Positions 54,940 to 64,000 of a stretch of DNA of 64,000 bases are shown here, one piece after another. Below the pieces are notes generated by a model. It saw only the letters and a program-made list of their open reading frames with translations, searched no databases and was not told the origin of the DNA. A program made the position numbers and the translations under genes. Origin of the DNA: Bugula neritina (lineage: Eukaryota; Animalia; Bryozoa); assembly GCA_964035545.1 (NCBI GenBank), contig OZ037772.1:930001-994000 (forward strand), given 5' to 3'. Each line of letters starts with the position of its first letter. Position 1 is the first letter of the stretch.

Positions 54940-55601
54940 ACCTAAATATTTCATATTATATATATATATTGTAAATAAACAAATAATTGTATGCCAAACA
55001 GTTTGATATTCTTTCAAGACAAAGGTGAAAGTTACCTTGCAAATCAATTCTAGCCAACATAGGATGTGTTAAACATTACTTCAAATGTTGAATTAGAGCA
55101 TATTATGGTTACAAAAATATTATAAGAGTAAAAAGTTCTTTTTTAGATTACAAAATTATTACAGGGCAGAACAAATTAGAAAACTGTATGCAATTTCTCA
55201 TCTTTGGAATCGCTAATAACATTTAATACATGTTTGATAACAGATTATGTGTATTCTGCCAGTCACACACACACACATTAGTAAAAACTAGCTTTACAAC
55301 TTTCAAAACTATTTTAATATAAAAACAACTACTAAAATGCAGCAATAAGTATTGTGGAAAAAGGATAATTGGTTACTCATAAGCAAGTTTCATTAGCAAC
55401 GACAGTACATCATGTGACTAAAAACAACCTGGAAGAAACTCGAACATATACAGTGTGCAAGCAAGCACAATCATAGGTATTTTTAAGCTAGACATAAAAT
55501 TATTATTGAAGAGAGCTAGTTAAAATATATCCTCACTCAGATAGATAGTGGCTTGAAAAATATATCCAAAAACTATCAAAAAAGGTTTCAAGAAAAAAGC
55601 T

Positions 55602-55911
55602 TTAGTCTTCGTCAGATGAGTCAGAATAAATCGGCTGCAAGTCATCATCATCTATAATTTCTTCACACTGGAAAACAAAATGAAGTATTTTTTAATCACC
55701 CCACGTTAGCCACTATACAAGTTTTGAAATAGATTATGGTACCAAAAATATTATAGTTATATTTCTACTGAAGATTAAAAAACACACACAACAGTTTCAA
55801 ATAGTGCAATGTGTTATTAGTTTATCTTTTAAAGGATCCCTGGAATGCGGTACTTATGCACTATTAAATATATATATGTATAAACATATACATATATATA
55901 CATATATATAC

Positions 55912-55989
<78 letters not shown>

Positions 55990-58900
55990 ATCAATTCAGC
56001 ACATATACACATAAAATTTGTTGTAAAACAAAATTTAAATATTCTTATATATTATATTAACTTTCATTTACATTTAGTCAGAGATCCTTCAACATACACA
56101 AATATAAAAAAAACTTTACAATCTAAGCTAAAGATTTGCCAACATTTAGATACAACCTCTTGATCAGCACCAGAGAAGTTGGCATAACAAGACTTGAGAA
56201 AGGCTTGTTTAAATTGGGTGGAGATGGTGTCATCATTATGGTTACCATCACTTAAGGATGCTGCCATGCGTGCTACAAGAAATATATGGTGGCAACATTG
56301 ACAGAAAACTGACATAGTGATGACATAAAAAGACAGTTTTGCCACAAGAATAGATAGAATAGTAAATTGAGTTACACATGAAATTACAGACTGCAAAAAA
56401 TTAAAACAACTGATTTTGGAAAATAGAAATATACAACTACTATACCTGCATATTCAAGCAATTTTACGCGCTCTTCACCTAATATATCCAATTCTTCCAC
56501 TGTTCTATTGTAGAGATGGTATGCATCGAACAGCTTCAGTAAATTGGGGGATACAGAGAGCTTGATTTCCGAGCCTGTCCATGGAAAGATCATGGAGGTG
56601 GCTTGGTCAAAGTCTGTACGAGACAGGTACGGGTGATTTTGCACATACTCATCAACAGCCTTTTGAAGCTTCAAATATGTCGCACGTCGTTTGCTCCGCA
56701 ACCTGTCACGCCCCTTTGATGAGTCTAAATTATGAAACATATGAATGATAGTTGCCACTAAACATTTAAAGTTTTGAGCAACCGCAAAAAAAGCAAATTT
56801 GACTAAAAATAGGTACAGTAATGTGACGGACAACATTTCTCGCTACAGAAAATAGGATGGGTCTCAGATGAAAACTTCCCAGTTAGATGCTATTTTTTAT
56901 TTTGGTAAAAAAAATAAAATGAGATATATACACATGTTGCCTCCATAACAAATTATCACAACACCGAACTAAAAATTAGAAAAGTTACAAGTTTGCCAAC
57001 CTGCTAACTTGAGAATGTTTGCATCAAACCGCTGTATAGTGCAAGCTAAATCTTCCAATTTTCTTTGATCTGCAGTCAAATCTAATAATAGAAATATACA
57101 GTTTAGCGTTTATTCTGCTATGTATTGAACTAGCCTTATCATTACACCACATAGACATCTTATGACATACCACGTTTTACATACTGGGTTAACTCTTATT
57201 CTGATGTCTATTTGCCTAAACTCATTATATACAGTTTTTTGCCATACTAATATTCTGTAATTTTTCATCTACATTTATTTTTAATGTCAGTTACCTGTTA
57301 GCTCCAATACGTTACAGTCATACATTCTACAATCTTAATTATATGTATATTTAATCTTACTTGTCTAACAATATGGCAGGAGCACAACACATTCCACAAC
57401 ACAACACATTTAATTTAAAATTTGATCTCAAATTCCAAACAATTGATTTTTCGAAAAAATTGTGGATTACAAAACCGCAATCAATCTCTGGAAAAAATTT
57501 AAGTTTTCAGGCTGTATCTTAAGCAGAGGTATTCTTGAAATATAACTGAATTTGATAAAGCAAACATTTATGAAGCTAAACAAATTAGGTCTGCTTAAAC
57601 ATCCCTATAGTAGCTATTATAAATATAAACAAAGAAGATTTGTTGATTTTCATAACGTATGATGGAGAAAATCTGATCCACTTGATAGAACAGTATAGAT
57701 AAACATATATTCTATTAGATACGCAATCTAAAGGGTTTTAATCTGTCAAATTTGTGTGCAAATTAGATTACCTAACAATTTGCTGACTAACAACTAACCA
57801 ACTCTATAAGAAAGCTTTACCTGGCGAGGAGGAGCAAATCCTCTCCATCACCTCTTCTATGCTGCTGGCCTCTGGAATTTCAGATTTCTTCAGCTCTACC
57901 ATAGTGGCATGCCGTTTCGGCAGTTCCATTTCAATCTAATAATAATTAGTCATTTAAGAAACATAAATATCATCACATTTAAATATTCAACTCGATAATT
58001 CAATTTGTTTCAATAACTACTACTAAGCATGCATTATGCCAATGTACTTTTCTTCAATGTTAATGCATAGAACGAAACCATAATAATAAGTTAATGCATA
58101 CATTCTGCAGGCTTTAGCTACTTATGGATTTTCAGACGGTTTTTCATGATCATCCGAAAATCCAAATTAGGTAAAAAAACATTATCCACGAAAATTGAAA
58201 AGGATTAAAAAGAAACTTGATTATTTATTGACAATTTTTTAGTTTTGGTCAAAATCAACAGCTGCAGTCTGAAAAATAGCTAAAAAATGAAGAATACTAA
58301 ATAAATTACCATAATCGATTTAGCAACCACTGCAGTAAAATAAAAATAATATAATGCAACTAAATGGAAGAATGATGCTAAGCTATTATTTACTCCAATA
58401 TTACAATGAAATTCCGAATGAAAAACCCTTTAAATATATAAATAAGACACTTTTAAATGTTTGATTGCATAAATAATAATATATACAAGCTATAATACTT
58501 CAGAAATGTTAGTTTTAGATGTTGACTAAACTTAATTGAACACAAGGTTTTTTTTAATAAAATAAGTTTTCCATAACTGTATACAACACCTGCTTTATCT
58601 TTTTTGCCAACATTTCCGGCATCTTCTTTATTTTTCTGAAATTCCAGAAGCCAGCAGCATGCTCGAGCTGCTGACGACGACCTAGAAAAACCAATACAAT
58701 ACTTTAAAGCATTAAAAAGGCATAATGGTACTTGTACACCTTAAACAATGCATTTTGAAACAGTTTCAATAGGTTATATATCAAATGAACTTAATATACA
58801 TTCAAACAGCACGTAGTTAACAAGTATATGTTTCAAAGAGAATATAAATTGGGTACCATTAGCAGTCATATGTCTCGTTATCAAACCACACCGAGACATG

Positions 58901-61900
58901 TAGCTGTTTGTTTGCTCCGTGGTCTCGCCAGTGCTCAGTCCTACTCCCTTTTTCACCCTGCCACTCCACCTAGTCTTTAAATAGAAACAACATTGCAGCT
59001 GCGGCCTGGGGATGTTTCAATTTAAGCCTAAACAACTTGAAACCAATCATGTAAAAAATAGTTAACATGAAAAGTTTGCTTCTATATTTTAAACCAAAAT
59101 TTGCATGGAGGCAGCTAAAGGCAAAATACTCATCAGATTCAAAGGCTAAAAAATTTGGCATTTACATGTAAATGCATTGCTTCTACTTATGCTACTGAAA
59201 ACTAAAAGATTTACTGAAGCATAGTACCTGACATGTCCAAGTGTGGGCTTTAGCGTGCATCACACTCAAAAAATATTTTTGAGAGGATGCACGCTGCGCG
59301 TCCATTTTGGACAGCCAGGGGTAGTACTGGCACATGACGTCAGTAGCTATGAACTTCGCGCCAGAAAACTGTTTCTAAAATTGTTCAAACATATAATTAA
59401 AAAAATGAAGCTTTGACGTGTAAAATTTTTAAATGTACTTTGATCAGAGTTAAATTTTACAAAAAGTCACAACACATTTTGAAAACACATGAATAAAGGT
59501 TAGGAGAGCACTAATTAACTCACCTGCATTATATATGGGTAAGCGAAAACTTCCCCCCTATCCATGTCCAGTGCCTTGAGCACTAGAGCATGACGGCAAG
59601 TGGCCATCATACAGCCAGTCACACTTTTTTTTGAGAAACTGCCGGAAGACGTCTTTGCTGCTTTCCACGCAGTCTCTCCACAGTGGCCATCAACTGAGTA
59701 CTTCTAAAAATCAGATAACATAATAGCTCACTTATTTACTTAGATTAAAAAGGTACAAATAAAAAAGGTAGAATAAGTGCTATGGTAAATTTCACCAAAT
59801 AGTAAAACCAGCATATTTGAAAGCGTATCCATATTAGTATACTATTTTGAAACTTTATCTGACATTTTTCGAAACACAAATCTTTTCAACTGCATTTTTC
59901 ACTTCACCGTCATCTAAGAAAAGATGCGACGGCACTGCCTCTTCAACTGTTACTCTAAAAATAAAACAATCATAATAATAATAAGTAAAGCACACAACTA
60001 CCTATTCAATATTACATGCACATAAATGAGACAGAACAAAAACTGTGCTACCCAAGAGAAACTTACCTTCCAGCTGCTTTATATTTATAAAGCTTCATGT
60101 TGCCATCAATATGAACTGCGTGTGGTGAAGCTCCGCAGCAGGGACAATTAAAGGTTTGAGCAACATGATGGAAGAAAAAAGATTCCGCCTTTTTCCATTC
60201 CAGGAAACAGCAGTTGAAGGTGTCCTGGGACATAGAGAACTTTTGCTGTAAGAATAAACAAAAATTGCTATTATAGGCTACCTACTTAATTTTCAGCCAG
60301 AAACTAAATTTGGCCAAATTGAAAATTTACTAAGTTGCAATACATTGTTAAAGCTATTCGTCAAATTCTTGACCCTTAGATAACTTAACCAGCCAATTTA
60401 AAAATAAAAAGCAAAGAAAATGATAACCATCTGTAGATAATGATATTCAATTATAACTTTAGCAACTAAATAACTAACCTAAGATTAAATGACTATTACA
60501 AAGCATTGAAAAAAGATTCACAAAATTATGTATAACAGCTGCCTTTCCCAGTTATTGATTTTATGCTGTCAACATAACTATTAAATTTTGAAAGAGCATC
60601 AAATAGCTAGTCAATTTTCACTATTAGAAGGGAGGCTTCTGCATCAATAAGATTTTCAGTAAAACTATATAAGGGTAATCAGAACAGTGATATTAACTGA
60701 AACTCAGTATTCATTTTAGCAGAGGTAAACATTCAGCATAAGTGTATAAATGAATACTAGATTTTAAAGTTGGACAAATAATAAATGAAGAAATTTGAAT
60801 AAAAGCAGCAAAAAATTAGGAATATTGACCTTGCCATCCAATGCTGATATAAATTTTAGACTAGAAAGCATGCTTTTCATGCTTAGAGAGGGGGAATGGT
60901 GCTGCAAGATGCTATTATGCAACAAGTAACTGAATTCCACAAATACTTTTCCCTCAGGAGTTAGTGGCCACAGCCCGATTTTAGGAAAATCTTCACACAG
61001 CTGAACAGGTGCCCACGAGCACAGCTCACAATAAGGTACATTTATCGCTGTTTCAGAGAGCCCTAAAACCGAAAGATTATAGTAAAATGTTGAAAGCTAA
61101 ATATAAAGAGTCTGAAAAATGAAAACATGCATGCATTTTAAAGTTTACTTTAGAATAACAGGAAGTAAAGCAAAAAATAGATGTGTGGTCAAAATGTGAA
61201 TTAGCAAAAAACCCGAAAATTCCACATCACCTAAAGTGGTGGAGAATGCAACAATGACCTGAATGAATGAAAATATTTTTAAATTAGAGTTTAGAACTTG
61301 TAAAATTTACCATCATTAGTGATGACCTTGAGGGTATAAGTAGCTCTCTCAATGATTGGCTGGTTGCAGACTTGGCAAGTTGATGGAAGCAGAGTAATCC
61401 GATCACCTAAAATTAAATCAAAAATCAGTTCTTGGCTAGAAATGCTAACCTTTTACATTCAGCAATATAGAAAATATAGTTATAACATGGCAATCATGAC
61501 GGTTAAGACTGTTAATTGAAATCGACGCTATAGAAAGCACATACTAAGAGAGAGTTTTCGAGCTTCCATGCCAGTAATTGTATTCTTATGAAGAATTGAT
61601 CGAATTTTGTCCCATTTAACTAAGCTAGCCTCTATATATGTAGGTGTTCTTTGTGGCTGGGAAGAACAGTACTGTCCAACAAGGTCCAGCAATCTTTCAA
61701 CATCTGAGAAAATTAAATAAAAACATATACTGCTCAAAAGCTAGCAAAATGAAATGTTATAATTTGTCAACAATTTTATCTATTTGGAAATTCAAATGAA
61801 AATGGTTTGTTTATACTAGCAGCACATTGAAGCTAAAATCAATAAGTTATATGTACCAAACAAGGGTTGAACTGCAAATATTATTACTTGATTCGTGTTC

Positions 61901-62909
61901 ATATAAATAGCTATATTGGCAACTACAAATTACAAATACTTTCTGTGTTGAGTTGATGGCAAAGAAACATGAAACATATTTTCAAGTTTAAAAACAAACC
62001 ACATCTAACTATTCTATTTTACCTTAAGTGTGCATACTTACACGCACTCAATTGGTTTTCATTTTCCACATCTACTGTATTGGAACTGGTAGCATTATTG
62101 TCTAATGAGTGTACTTGCTGATTCGCAAAATCTAAAATAAACGTTACAAAAAGGTGCTTCAAACATCCAGCTAATAAAGTAAACCAACTGCATGCATTCA
62201 GCAAACAAGTTTCACTGTACATAAAAGGTGAAAAATTAACCTGTTAGGTGCTTAGAGACAACCCTTGTTAGCTTATCACTGTATTCTTTTGACGTTGTGT
62301 TACCAGCTTGTGATAATTCTAATAAAAAAAAAACGCAATATCTACATATAATGTTGAATGAATCAAATACAGCAAAATTTTAAGAAACTCTTGCTGCACT
62401 TTATTTATAAAGTATTAACAGAAATAAATATACCTTAGCTTTCATTTCAGTTCAAACTTTTTCAGCTCAGTTATTACAATGTAGGCAGCTAAAATAGCTG
62501 TTTCAAAATGCCACGGACTTCAGAGCCCAATGAAAGCATAGTCAAGCAACCAGAAATTCCAAATCAATTTAGGACATATTTGTATAAAAAGATATTATAA
62601 AACACGATAATTGTTTGAACATGCAACCCACAAACAGATGGGAGCTTATATATATATATATATATATATATATAGCTGCAAGAGACTCTTTAGCATAGAC
62701 AAAGATTGATGCTAAATAAAGCTAACAAACTCATAGAATTTTATCAAATAGTGTAAGATACACCTACTTTTTTCATGGTATTTTTCTCTTCGTTCTTCAA
62801 GTTTCAATCTTTTTGCAGCATCATGTTTAACTTTATCCTCTGCGATACTTTTTTTAAGTGATGACTGGAGTAGTGATAAGGCCGTAGAATAGGTATTTTC
62901 ACTAGCCAT
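55602..62909 (-). CDS. KDZ (Kyakuja-Dileera-Zisupton) superfamily transposase with CxC-type Cys cluster; spliced, apparently intact
   Basis: Exons approx. 62909-62768, 62318-62240, 62131-62042, 61703-61544, 61407-61311, 61062-60830, 60246-60067, 59954-59864, 59703-59524, 59374-59228, 58974-58857, 58681-58590, 57936-57821, 57081-57000, 56724-56446, 56272-56157, 55667-55602. Motifs: CELC..IGLWPLTP; CPCCG..AVHIDGNMKLYKY; CGETAWKAA..GCMMATCRHA..MDRGEVFAYP; FIATDVMCQYYPWL; LSVMHAKAHTWTCQ; WSGR..GVGLSTGETTEQTNSYMSR; FPW..RTVEELDIL; acidic tail. Confidence 0.88.
55870..55978. repeat. (TA)n microsatellite in the last KDZ intron
   Basis: Direct observation. Confidence 0.95.
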
Positions 62910-64000
62910 ATTCTATAATATTTCAAACAGATATCTTTTAGTTATAGTTAGTAGTTGTGTACAGACTCATTGCGGTAAACAAGCAAAAAAACTTTGTGGT
63001 ATGGATAAGAAAGGTTTTAAAACAAAAGCCATAATTTTCAAAAAGTCTGCACCCCACTTAAAATCAACACGATCCTAGATGCTACACCAGTGCAACGAAT
63101 AATTAAAACAGTGTATCTTATAGAGTTAATAACTGATATTGCATGGTTAAAATGAACAAGAAATAAAGAGAAGAAACAAACTGGCAAAAAATGCTTTCCA
63201 GAATATTTCTTAAATATATTGACATTAGAAAAATCAAAATACAAACACGAGAGGTATTACTATGCAAAAAATTCTTCCCCATATAACAAGCAAATATTAT
63301 TAGTTATTTATCAGCTAAGCATAGACGCACAACGTTTCATAGTTGATTGTAAGAAAAAGGTCGGCAAAGGTTTTTGGATGTTGCAATAAAGATAAAACTC
63401 AAACCTTAGTGTGTTAGGGTAAATGAGCAAAAAACTCTATACCTATGTTACCAGAAGCAGCAACTGGTCCCAAAAAGTGCAGTAAAACTTTACACTTTTA
63501 ATGATGATGTTTTATGATCATTATTATTAATAAAATGTATATCATACTAATAAAACTGTAACTGTAAATGTGAAACATATAATTCATATCAATATTCACA
63601 CGTATAAGAGTATTTACTTAAAATAGCTTATTCATTTGGAATTGTAACTAATACTCACAAGTAACAGAACACGTACCAATAAAATAACAATCACTGTAAG
63701 AAAATGAGTATTTAACACCATAAAAACCTAAAGCATTGATACTTGTGGTACATCTAGTACTAAAGCACTTACAGACTTACAGTGGTAGTTTGTTATCACT
63801 AATGATTTTCACAGTTCTCAATCAAAAGTGTACTTTGCAGTTATTATAATTGACGTAACTAGTAATGAAGATTGCAATATTATTACCAATGTAAATAATG
63901 ATGGTAATGAAAATAATTAAAACCATGATGATCTTAATTATGATCTAAATCAATTCATCATTATTAAAAATGTGAGTCTTTGATGTCTTGGCTATAGTAA

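Noticed and set aside
47030-63490. Candidate TIRs for the KDZ element (ACTGCAC.TTTTTGG near 47035 vs CCAAAAAGTGCAGT near 63470)
   Set aside because: Short, imperfect, AT-rich match with no TSD found.

Overview
AT-rich, intron-containing animal (invertebrate-type) genomic DNA; the GT-AG introns, fibrillar collagen and ZEB-type zinc finger argue against a prokaryotic source. The left ~48 kb holds decayed genes and nested mobile elements: a ZEB/zfh1-like zinc-finger exon, a DUF4806-like pseudogene, Copia and Gypsy gag remnants, two solo LTRs with TSDs, a stop-ridden unidentified multi-exon gene, a hAT MITE carrying a nested foldback element, a near full-length PHD-ORF1 CR1/L2-type LINE, a pseudogenised fibrillar collagen with an unusual N-terminus and a short helix, and many tandem repeats. 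The right ~14 kb holds two convergent, apparently intact spliced genes that the ORF track mostly misses. One is a ~14-exon KDZ (Kyakuja-Dileera-Zisupton) transposase on the minus strand. The other is an 8-exon, 387-aa zinc-ribbon / Ser-Thr-repeat / chromodomain protein on the plus strand. This pair is the best candidate for an undescribed system: a KDZ element, or domesticated locus, with a separate chromatin-reader partner. Gene models were spliced by eye, and family calls come from motif recognition, not database searches.
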